Below, piece by piece: positions 9,218 to 17,107 of a stretch of DNA of 64,000 bases (positions within the stretch are counted from its first letter, which is position 1; each line of letters opens with the position of its first letter). The stretch spans positions 32,940 through 96,939 of the forward strand of contig CAZMSQ010000007.1 of assembly GCA_964569025.1 (NCBI GenBank), read 5' to 3'. The notes under the pieces were generated by a model. That model was not told the origin of the DNA and did no database searches. It saw only the letters and a list, made by a program, of their open reading frames with translations. A program made the translations under genes and the position numbers. The DNA comes from an uncultured Saprospiraceae bacterium (GTDB taxonomy: Bacteria; Bacteroidota; Bacteroidia; Chitinophagales; Saprospiraceae).

Positions 9218-9828
9218 TATGCGCCATTCTTCTCGCAGCAGGCACTTCTTCGCGGATGGGGTCATCCAACAAGCTTTTGCTTGATGTTGGCAACGGTCAG
9301 CCTCTGGTTCGGACAATGGCCGAGCAGTTGGCGGGAGCGCCATTTGACGAGGTGGTGGTAGTAACTGGCTTTGAGAGTGGGGATGTAAAATGTGCCTTGG
9401 AAGGGCTTCCGGTTCGGATTATCGAAAATCCCGCCTATGAATCCGGAATGACAACTTCCATTATTGCCGGTCTTAGAGCAATTGCACCGGACGCGCATTT
9501 TTTGGTGGGCCTGTCAGATATGCCATTGCTGACTGCCAAACATTACAAATTGCTGCTCGCAGAGTTTGAAGCGGCATTAATCGATACCGCCCACCCAATT
9601 GTAAAACCGTCACTGAACGGAGTCCCGGGTAATCCGGCAATCTTCCATGCAGTCTATCGAGAAGAGGTGCTCTCACTGACTGATCTCCATGCCGGATGTA
9701 AACCCGTTTTGCAGCATCATGCAGACAGTGTGATTCACCCAAAGGGACTTCCGGATGTGTTTTTTCTGGACATGGACCGTCCGGAAGAGTATCAGGAAAT
9801 GAGAATGCGGGTGAACCGCGAGGGATAA
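9214..9828 (+). CDS. mocA: MobA-like NTP transferase, probable molybdenum cofactor cytidylyltransferase (MocA-like)
   Basis: N-terminus ICAILLAAGTSSRMG is the nucleotidyltransferase P-loop of the MobA/MocA family. About 200 aa. Start overlaps the coxF stop (ATGA). Confidence 0.7.
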   Translation: MICAILLAAGTSSRMGSSNKLLLDVGNGQPLVRTMAEQLAGAPFDEVVVVTGFESGDVKCALEGLPVRIIENPAYESGMTTSIIAGLRAIAPDAHFLVGLSDMPLLTAKHYKLLLAEFEAALIDTAHPIVKPSLNGVPGNPAIFHAVYREEVLSLTDLHAGCKPVLQHHADSVIHPKGLPDVFFLDMDRPEEYQEMRMRVNREG

Positions 9829-9840
9829 TGCTTCGAAGAC

Positions 9841-10491
9841 ATGAAGCCAACAAAAAAACGGATACTTCTTGCTGCGAAGGACTGCTTCGCGACCAAAGGC
9901 GTTGCAGCAACAAGGCTTCAGGATATTGCCGAACTCGCAGGTATGAGTATCGGTAATATGGTTTACCACTTCCGTAATCAGGTTGAGATGCTGGAAGTAA
10001 TTTACACTAGCTTCCAACAGCGACAAGAAGAACTCCTACAGGATATTTGCCTAAGCCCGGTTTTTTCTAATATCGATGAGTATCTCCAGAATGCTTTTCA
10101 GCTCCATCAGGAATTTTTGTTTTTCCCCCTTCACACCCCGGAGGTGCTCAGTGCGTCGCCCCGAATTTCCTCTGAATGGCGTGAACATCTCCGGTGGAAG
10201 GACCTGCAGCTTGAGTTGATGTTGCGCTTCAATCAGGCCAGAGGCGCTTTAAGTTGGGATGAGGAAACATATCCTGTCGGTGATTTGGCAGTTTTATGGA
10301 GGCGGACAATCGACGGTTGGCCCATGCATCGGGTGGTTGAGCAAAAAAACCTCGATGATTTTTTGGCTTTTCGTAAGAGTGCATGGTCAGTGCTCCTCTC
10401 CCTGATCACACCTGAAGCCCGTCCTGAATACCTAAGGCTTCACTTTACTTCAGCGCCCCAAGTACAGAACACCGTAATTGATGAAGAATGA
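9841..10491 (+). CDS. TetR/AcrR family transcriptional regulator
   Basis: N-terminal HTH KKRILLAAKDCFATKGVAATRLQDIAELAGMSIGNMVYHFRNQ. Its stop overlaps the start of the next gene (ATGA). Confidence 0.85.
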   Translation: MKPTKKRILLAAKDCFATKGVAATRLQDIAELAGMSIGNMVYHFRNQVEMLEVIYTSFQQRQEELLQDICLSPVFSNIDEYLQNAFQLHQEFLFFPLHTPEVLSASPRISSEWREHLRWKDLQLELMLRFNQARGALSWDEETYPVGDLAVLWRRTIDGWPMHRVVEQKNLDDFLAFRKSAWSVLLSLITPEARPEYLRLHFTSAPQVQNTVIDEE

Positions 10492-11963
10492 GCGAGGCGC
10501 TGCTTGAAAATATCGTTGCGAAGCGCGTTGTGCTTGAAAAAGAGCTTGGGATCGACCTATACATTGACAGGAACGATATTGTACAGCGGGCATCTTGTTC
10601 TGTGACTCATCATCAAGGCGAAAGAGGAATTCTTGTCGGTAGAAATCCGCGTGAGATTCCGTACGTGGCTTCCCATTTGTTTGGATACTCCGGAGGTTCT
10701 CATCAGCAAGCCGCGACCATGGCTCTTGAGCATGCATGGGGTGCAAAGGTGCCCAAGAATGCGCGACTGCTCAGAGCCATCGGACAAGCTGCAGAAATTA
10801 TCCAGAGCTCTGTCAGGTGGATTTACACAGCATTTGGGCCGGGCTTGGCCCACCCTGCATTTTCAGGGCTTCAAGATTCAGAATATATCCGGGACCATTT
10901 TTTAGCGTTCAAAGGCACTTCTTTCCGCAGGGGAATCCTCGGCGCCACGTTCCCCATGTCGGTATATGCAGCAATTGCCGGACAATGGCCGCAGGCCCGG
11001 TTTGCCTGCCCCGGAGGCATCGGAACGATACCTGATGCAGCGGCCCTTGCCAGGGTTTCCGGCCTCCTGAGTCGGTTTCGTACCGAGTGGCTGGAAGGGG
11101 TTCTATTACATACCTCTGTAGATGAGTTTCTCGACATTCGTACGTCGGACCAACTCTTTAATTGGATAGATTCTGCCGGGACTCACCCCAAAAGCGATTT
11201 GGCTGCCATGCTGAGTGGTGCCTTGGAAAGAGGGTACCTCAACTTAGGAGACCACTCAGCGCCAACCCTGACGTATGGTGCATTTCATGTCAGTGATCAG
11301 GAAGAAGAATCGATTCCGGAGTTACTCTCATCCCATTCTTCCATTCCCGGGCTGTGTATCAACGGTAGTTCTGTTGATGTATTGAGCAGGGCATCCGTTC
11401 GAAGCTGTATCGAGTCGTTGGGGCAATCTCATCAAACCTGGTATCAGGGCCAACCGACAGAGGTTGGCCCGCTTGCACGCATGCTTTCCCTCCATGCTGT
11501 CCGCCCGGAAGGCAATCTGATTGGTCACATGGTATCTTGGTCAGGTAAAAATGCCTTTGCCAGAATTCTTGCGAGAATCCGCGAGATTATGGTTCTTGAA
11601 AACCGAATCAGATTCTGGCTGGCACAAATTGATCCAGATGAACCATGGAATCTGCCTGTAGAAGATAGAGATGGCTGGGGACTCGGTCTGACGGAAGCGC
11701 CGCGAGGAGCACTCGCCCATTTGGTTCGGATCAGAGATGGGAAAGTGGCGGATTATCAGATTCTGCCCCCAACTTTGCTGAACGTTTCCTCCGGATCCGG
11801 AGACTCTCCCATCGAGTCTGCCCTCAGCCAATTGGAAATCCCGAATAGAAATAGCCTCCATGAGGTTGGAATCATTGCTCGTTCTTTTGATGCCAGTGTG
11901 TCCTGTAAGGTCAGGCTGTTGAAACATCCCTCCGGAAAGGTGATCTTGACGTCAGATGAATAA
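10488..11963 (+). CDS. [NiFe]-hydrogenase large-subunit homologue with degenerate (cysteine-depleted) metal-binding motifs
   Basis: Read against E. coli HyaB by eye, the conserved blocks line up. [50 protein letters not shown] matches [56 protein letters not shown] and [23 protein letters not shown] also match. C-terminal [15 protein letters not shown] stands against LHSFDPCLACSTHVL. The L1 CxxC is replaced by FGYS and the L2 DPCxxC by DASVSC. Confidence 0.75.
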   Translation: [491 protein letters not shown]

Positions 11964-12143
11964 ACATGACAAATGGACGGCGAAAAGTGTATGAACCTTC
12001 GGTAAAATTGATTGTACTACAAATGATTGTTGTTCTATGAACGAGTATGTGATTATTTTAGAGTGCAGTGAGTCGTGCTGCTAAAGATTTAATTTCGAAG
12101 TTTTTTTCAAAAAGTCTACTTTCCCACACAGAATATCTGATTT

Positions 12144-12404
12144 ATGTGTCTTGCCATCCCCGGACGAATCAAAAGAATTGATCGATCAGATCCATTCTTG
12201 AAAAGAGCCCATGTGGCCTTCGGAACCCTTATGAAAGAGGTGTGCCTTGATATGACCCCTTTGGCTCGCGTAGGCGATTATGTCCTTGTGCATGCGGGCG
12301 TGGCAATTAACGTGGTGAATGAAGAAGAAGCGATGCGCACATTCTTATACCTTGAAGAATACGGGGGTCTTGAAGACCTCTTGCCGGAGAGAGACCAGAC
12401 CTGA
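12144..12404 (+). CDS. hypC: Hydrogenase maturation factor HypC/HupF
   Basis: Canonical N-terminus MCLAIPGRI and about 86 aa. Confidence 0.85.
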   Translation: MCLAIPGRIKRIDRSDPFLKRAHVAFGTLMKEVCLDMTPLARVGDYVLVHAGVAINVVNEEEAMRTFLYLEEYGGLEDLLPERDQT

Positions 12405-12407
12405 TTC

Positions 12408-13526
12408 ATGAAATTTCTCGAAGAATACAGGGACCCGCAATTGGCGGAGCAATACCTCAACCGTCTCCATTCAGTAACCACCGGAGAGTGGGTAATTATG
12501 GAATTCTGCGGGGGGCAAACCCACAGTCTTGTCAAAAACGGCCTCATTGATTTGCTTCCCGCCGGTGTAACAATGGTGCATGGTCCGGGGTGTCCAGTCT
12601 GTGTGACCCCACTCTCTATGATAGACGCAGCCATTCGCCTTGCTGAGGAAAAAGGGGTTATTTTGTGTTCATTCGGAGACATGCTGAGGGTGCCAGGCTC
12701 TTCTCAAAATTTATTGGAAGCCAAAGCAAAAGGTGCCGCAGTCCGTTTTTTTTACTCGCCTATGGAAGCTGTCGAATTGGCGCGTAAACATCCAGATCGG
12801 GAGGTCGTATTTTTTGCGGTTGGTTTTGAAACGACCGCACCTGCAAACGCCCTGTCAGTGCTTTATGCCAAACGGCTGGGTCTGAAAAACTATTCGCTCC
12901 TGACTTCTCATGTGTTGGTTCCTCCGGCTATTTCTGCGATAGTCGAAGATGAGGAGGCCTGTGTAGATGGTTTTCTCGGAGCAGGAAATGTCTGTTCGGT
13001 AATGGGACTCAAAGAGTACGAGCAATTAATCGACAGATACAATAAACCCTTGGTGGTGACAGGGTTTGAGCCCGTTGACCTCCTTCAGGGTATTCTCATG
13101 ACGGTGACACAACTTGAACGGGGGGAGTCGAAACTTGAAAACCAATACAGCCGGGTGGTGCCATATGAAGGGAACCCCGAAGCGCAGGCAGCGGTATATG
13201 AAGTCTTTGAGCGGTGTGACCGCGAGTGGAGAGGAATTGGCGTACTCCCGGGAAGTGGACTTCAGGTGACTGAAGAATATGCTGGATTTGATGCGATCAG
13301 AAAGTTTGGGCTCACGTTCAGATATGTGGCTGAGCCATCTGCCTGTATGGCAGGTGAAATTTTGAAAGGCACGAAGAAGCCAGTTGATTGCCCCCACTTC
13401 GGAACCACGTGCACGCCAGAAAACCCCCTTGGGGCTCCGATGGTTTCTTCAGAAGGGGCATGCGCCGCATACTATCACTTTCGCGCTATTTGCAGCGCTG
13501 ATTCACACCCAATACGTACCTTCTGA
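12408..13526 (+). CDS. hypD: Hydrogenase maturation factor HypD
   Basis: CGxH (EFCGGQTH), GPGCPVCV, FETT (VGFETTAPA), and a C-terminal Cys cluster plus SSEGACAAYY. Collinear with E. coli HypD along its full length. Confidence 0.9.
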   Translation: MKFLEEYRDPQLAEQYLNRLHSVTTGEWVIMEFCGGQTHSLVKNGLIDLLPAGVTMVHGPGCPVCVTPLSMIDAAIRLAEEKGVILCSFGDMLRVPGSSQNLLEAKAKGAAVRFFYSPMEAVELARKHPDREVVFFAVGFETTAPANALSVLYAKRLGLKNYSLLTSHVLVPPAISAIVEDEEACVDGFLGAGNVCSVMGLKEYEQLIDRYNKPLVVTGFEPVDLLQGILMTVTQLERGESKLENQYSRVVPYEGNPEAQAAVYEVFERCDREWRGIGVLPGSGLQVTEEYAGFDAIRKFGLTFRYVAEPSACMAGEILKGTKKPVDCPHFGTTCTPENPLGAPMVSSEGACAAYYHFRAICSADSHPIRTF

Positions 13527-14316
13527 CCACGTCAATGTGGTTTGCCGTTTCAGCTCCCGGGAATCCGGTGATGTGGCTGTTGTTCAATTCCCGTTCTGCG
13601 ATCCTTACGAACTCCGCAGAAAGAGGAAGATACGACCAGTGCCACTTTTCTTCCCGATATCCGCTTTCACGGCCGTCTCCATATGCTGTGTATGGCCTGC
13701 AGAATCCGTATTCGGAAGCGTGTGTTTCAAGCCATTGGAAGAGTTTTTGGCCCTGACCTGTTTCGAAATATGAATTGTCGAGCGCATTCAAGTCAATGTC
13801 AGTCCCCCAGTGATGGCGAGAGGTTCCTGGCATGGCACTGTATTCAAGGATGCGCAAAGCGCGTTCTTTTGGGTCAGCAATATCGAGTGCGGCATTGGTG
13901 CCGTCACTAAGTAGTCGAGCCCCCCCCCATTTGGCAGCCCAAATCGATTGCTGATATTCAAAATTCCTTGTGGCCGACAAAATACGTAGCTCATGGCCCG
14001 CCTGAGCTGCATCCCGGTGCATCCGAATGAAAGCTTCCAGCGCTTCTTTTCGTAAAAACATCCCATCGCGGGTGGCAAATTGACGGGGTATCGGGGCAAA
14101 TAAAGGGTGTTTCGCCGGTTCAAAATGGCCGCTCAGGTATGCAATGCTGGTCATCGTCGAGTCTTTTTGGCGAGTAATTGGTAGACACTCTTGCCCTTCT
14201 TTTCTCTCTTGCGTTGGCATCTGCCCTGGATCATCAACTTGCCTTTGCCCGCATGCTGCGAATGTGAAAGTTGCCATGGTAGCCGAAATTAGACAAAAGT
14301 ATCTGATATGCTTCAT
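13486..14316 (-). CDS. Peptidase M15 family (VanY-like D-Ala-D-Ala carboxypeptidase), lipoprotein
   Basis: Lipoprotein signal MKHIRYFCLISATMATFTFAAC. Zn-peptidase motif SRHHWGTDIDL. Start placed at ATG 14316. The 3' end overlaps hypD convergently by 41 nt. Confidence 0.7.
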   Translation of the reverse strand: MKHIRYFCLISATMATFTFAACGQRQVDDPGQMPTQERKEGQECLPITRQKDSTMTSIAYLSGHFEPAKHPLFAPIPRQFATRDGMFLRKEALEAFIRMHRDAAQAGHELRILSATRNFEYQQSIWAAKWGGARLLSDGTNAALDIADPKERALRILEYSAMPGTSRHHWGTDIDLNALDNSYFETGQGQKLFQWLETHASEYGFCRPYTAYGDGRESGYREEKWHWSYLPLSAEFVRIAERELNNSHITGFPGAETANHIDVVRRYVLGVNQRCK

Positions 14317-14479
14317 CAGGCCTGATGGTTTTGCTCTTGGTAAATTTCCATCCATTTTTATTCAAATTAAATGAAATGTATACTCACCTGATAAGATATG
14401 CTCAATATGCAGTTTTTCTTGCAATTCTTCACTTCGCACCGGTTGCAAGTGGTGGGCAGGGGCAATCAATGTTTAGATC

Positions 14480-14704
14480 ATGAATAGAAAAATATTACGG
14501 TTTATTGGACTTGCATCACTTGTCATAACGGCATGGATTCTTGGCAGAATTTCAGGCATCCATGGCGTACAGCAAAAAAACGCGACGGCCAACCCCATCA
14601 GAAAATCAGACTCAATTCGAGATTCCCTTGTGCTCCGGGATTTGCTCTACAAACAAAATGTGAATGACCAGGACCAGCACGTGGGGTTGGAAAACAAGGA
14701 GTAA
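14480..14704 (+). CDS. Small hypothetical protein with an N-terminal signal peptide or transmembrane segment
   Basis: ORF only. Hydrophobic N-terminus LRFIGLASLVITAWILG. No homology recognised. Confidence 0.2.
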   Translation: MNRKILRFIGLASLVITAWILGRISGIHGVQQKNATANPIRKSDSIRDSLVLRDLLYKQNVNDQDQHVGLENKE

Positions 14705-14811
14705 TGTCCAAAAAGTCCTGAGAAATGTGTATCTTTGCGTCCGCTTTTGTGGGGATGCTCCACTGAGTCATAGTCAATATCTTATTTTTTCACCTTTACG
14801 ATACTTCAATA

Positions 14812-15312
14812 ATGCGTCATTACGAAGTAACTTTCATCGTGGATCCAGTGCTGTCGGGCGATGAAATCAAGTCGGCAGCAACCACGTACGTCGATCACCT
14901 CAAAGGGGAGGGGAGCGAAATTGTACACATTAACGAATTGGGCCTCCGTGAACTTGCCTATCCAATCAACAAGCGCAATTCCGGGGTCTATTACTGTGTT
15001 GAGTTTACCTCAGAGACAGGCGATTTTATTCCAAAACTCGAGTTGGCATTCCGCCGGGACGAGCGCATCATGCGCTTCCTGACAGTGAAACTTGACAAGT
15101 ATGGTGTGAAATACAACGCTGACAAGCGCGCAGGCCTGATTAATGAGTTCAAACCGAAAAAGAAAAAATCGGAAGAACCTGAAAGAAAGGAGCGCGACAG
15201 GCGAGATCGCAAGAAAGAGGCCCCTGCGAAGGAGGCCCCTGCAAAGGAGGGAGCTTCTGTAAAAGAAGGCACTCCTGAAGCGAGCGCTACAGAGTCCGGA
15301 TCACCTGAATAA
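14812..15312 (+). CDS. rpsF: 30S ribosomal protein S6, with a charged low-complexity C-terminal tail
   Basis: MRHYEVTFIVDP... is the S6 N-terminus. The S6-S18-L9 gene order supports the call. Confidence 0.9.
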   Translation: MRHYEVTFIVDPVLSGDEIKSAATTYVDHLKGEGSEIVHINELGLRELAYPINKRNSGVYYCVEFTSETGDFIPKLELAFRRDERIMRFLTVKLDKYGVKYNADKRAGLINEFKPKKKKSEEPERKERDRRDRKKEAPAKEAPAKEGASVKEGTPEASATESGSPE

Positions 15313-15357
15313 ACCAGTTGCCGTTCTCCATTTTCTTCCACTTAAACATACACGATC

Positions 15358-15627
15358 ATGGCAAATAAAAAAGAAGATATTAAGTTTCTGAGCAATCCCA
15401 ATATCGGGCAGTCTCGCAAAAAATATTGCCGATTTAAAAAGTACGGCATCAAGTACATCGATTACAAGGATGCTGAGTTTCTGAAGCAATTTGTCAACGA
15501 ACAAGGGAAAATCCTGCCACGCCGTATTACGGGGAACTCTCTGAAATACCAGCGCAAGGTGTCAACGGCTGTCAAAAGAGCACGCCACCTTGGGATGCTG
15601 CCATTCGTGGCTGACTTGCTGAAGTAA
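15358..15627 (+). CDS. rpsR: 30S ribosomal protein S18
   Basis: Conserved S18 core [29 protein letters not shown]. Confidence 0.95.
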   Translation: MANKKEDIKFLSNPNIGQSRKKYCRFKKYGIKYIDYKDAEFLKQFVNEQGKILPRRITGNSLKYQRKVSTAVKRARHLGMLPFVADLLK

Positions 15628-15661
15628 TCTTATTCTCTTACCACTCCACAATCCTACTCTC

Positions 15662-16108
15662 ATGGATGTCATTTTGTTAAAAGATATCGACAATCTGGGA
15701 TATAAGCACGAGATTGTGACCGTCAAAAACGGTTATGGTCGCAACTTTCTCATCCCACAAAAACTGGCAGTCATCGCCAATACGCAGAACCTTGGGATGC
15801 TCGATGATATTAAGGCGAAACAAGCCGCCAAGCGTGAAGCCAAGCTCGAAGAGTATCGGGAATTGGCGAAATCACTCGAAGGAAAGGTTCTGAAAATCGG
15901 CGCAAAAGCCGGAACCAGCGGAAAGATTTTCGGAAGTGTCACGACCATCCAATTGGTTGCTGCTCTCAAAGACCAACTCAGCCTTGAGGTTGAGCGAAGG
16001 GACATTGACCTGCCGGAAGAAATCAAAAATCTCGGAAGTTACACAGCAACTCTGAAGCTACACCCTGAAGTGACACCTGTCATCCACTTTGAAGTAGTCG
16101 CTGAGTAA
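15662..16108 (+). CDS. rplI: 50S ribosomal protein L9
   Basis: MDVILLKDIDNLGYKHEIVTVKNGYGRNFLIP is the L9 N-domain. Confidence 0.95.
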   Translation: MDVILLKDIDNLGYKHEIVTVKNGYGRNFLIPQKLAVIANTQNLGMLDDIKAKQAAKREAKLEEYRELAKSLEGKVLKIGAKAGTSGKIFGSVTTIQLVAALKDQLSLEVERRDIDLPEEIKNLGSYTATLKLHPEVTPVIHFEVVAE

Positions 16109-16351
16109 ACTGCTCAAATAAACAAGGCTCCCCCGTCTGGTCTGAGGGGATTTCCTTCACGATGAATGGACGCATCTCTGCTTTGAGTTGCGTCCATTTT
16201 GTATATCCGGCATAACCACCATTTCAAAATCTTCGCATCTCATCTCGTACAACCGGATCAGAGGAATCGGTATTTGGTTTTGTGATGGTGCAAAGTATCT
16301 TTGTTGGAAGAAGTCTCTCAGGAATTTTGCAATACTTTTATCTGTTATTCA

Positions 16352-17089
16352 ATGAAGAAGATGGTCGATGCAATTATTCAAACCAGTTTCGGAAAGATGC
16401 CAGCAAAGATTTGGTTTGAGCCAAGAAGAAACATCAGAGCGTCAATCGGTAAAACTGCTGCCATTCTCAGGATGCCTTATATGATAGGGAAAAAAGATTA
16501 CCAGGATAAGTACGCATGGTTCGAAAACTGGGTCGAAAAACAACTGCATGAGAATCAAGTATTGAAAAATCACTTTTTTCAGGAAGGCTATCAGGATGGA
16601 CAGGCTTTTGAGATTCTCGACCGGACATTCACCCTCAGTATTACCAAAGTTGAAAATCTAACTTCGAGGGCTCGCGTGCGGAACGGGGTCATTGAAATGA
16701 CGGTGTCTGATTCTTTACCGCTTGTCGAAGAGACGAAAGCAATGCGAGTGCTGCTGAGCAGAGTGATGGGGAAAATTTTTCTACCAGAAATTACTGCCAG
16801 GGTCAATGCGCTGAATAAGAAGCATTTCCAAAAACCTGTTCGGGGGGTACGGCTCAAATATACCCACTCCAGATGGGGAAGCTGCTCTTCAGCAGGCAAT
16901 ATCAATCTATCGACCCGGTTGCTGATGGCACCTCGGATTGTGATTGATTATGTCATTATTCATGAATTGGCGCATCTTGTTGAAGCCAATCATTCTCCGC
17001 GATTCTGGGAGGAAGTGACGCGAGTCATGCCCGCTTACAAGGAGCACGAGCAATGGCTGAAGGAAAACGGTCACCTGTGTGATTTCTGA
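16352..17089 (+). CDS. YgjP-like / M48-family metallohydrolase (DUF45, SprT-like)
   Basis: HExxH zinc motif IIHELAHLVEANHSPRFW near the C-terminus, preceded by WGSCSS. Start is uncertain: ATG 16352, with a TTG at 16301 in the ORF track. Confidence 0.7.
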   Translation: MKKMVDAIIQTSFGKMPAKIWFEPRRNIRASIGKTAAILRMPYMIGKKDYQDKYAWFENWVEKQLHENQVLKNHFFQEGYQDGQAFEILDRTFTLSITKVENLTSRARVRNGVIEMTVSDSLPLVEETKAMRVLLSRVMGKIFLPEITARVNALNKKHFQKPVRGVRLKYTHSRWGSCSSAGNINLSTRLLMAPRIVIDYVIIHELAHLVEANHSPRFWEEVTRVMPAYKEHEQWLKENGHLCDF

Positions 17090-17107
17090 CAGAACCGCCT
17101 TCAGGGG

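Noticed and set aside
10488-11963. Alternative reading of the hydrogenase-like protein as a complex-I NuoD/49-kDa subunit, which is also a Cys-less NiFe large-subunit relative.
   Set aside because: No nuo or NuoB-like neighbours. The protein keeps the EVGPLAR block and a C-terminal extension after the L2-equivalent position, and sits next to hypC-hypD. These features fit soluble hydrogenase large subunits better. This still needs an HMM comparison to confirm.
14812-15312. Charged low-complexity C-terminal tail of ribosomal protein S6 (…KKKKSEEPERKERDRRDRKKEAPAKEAPAKEGAS…).
   Set aside because: Acidic and basic tails on S6 are common and lineage-variable, so not noteworthy by themselves.
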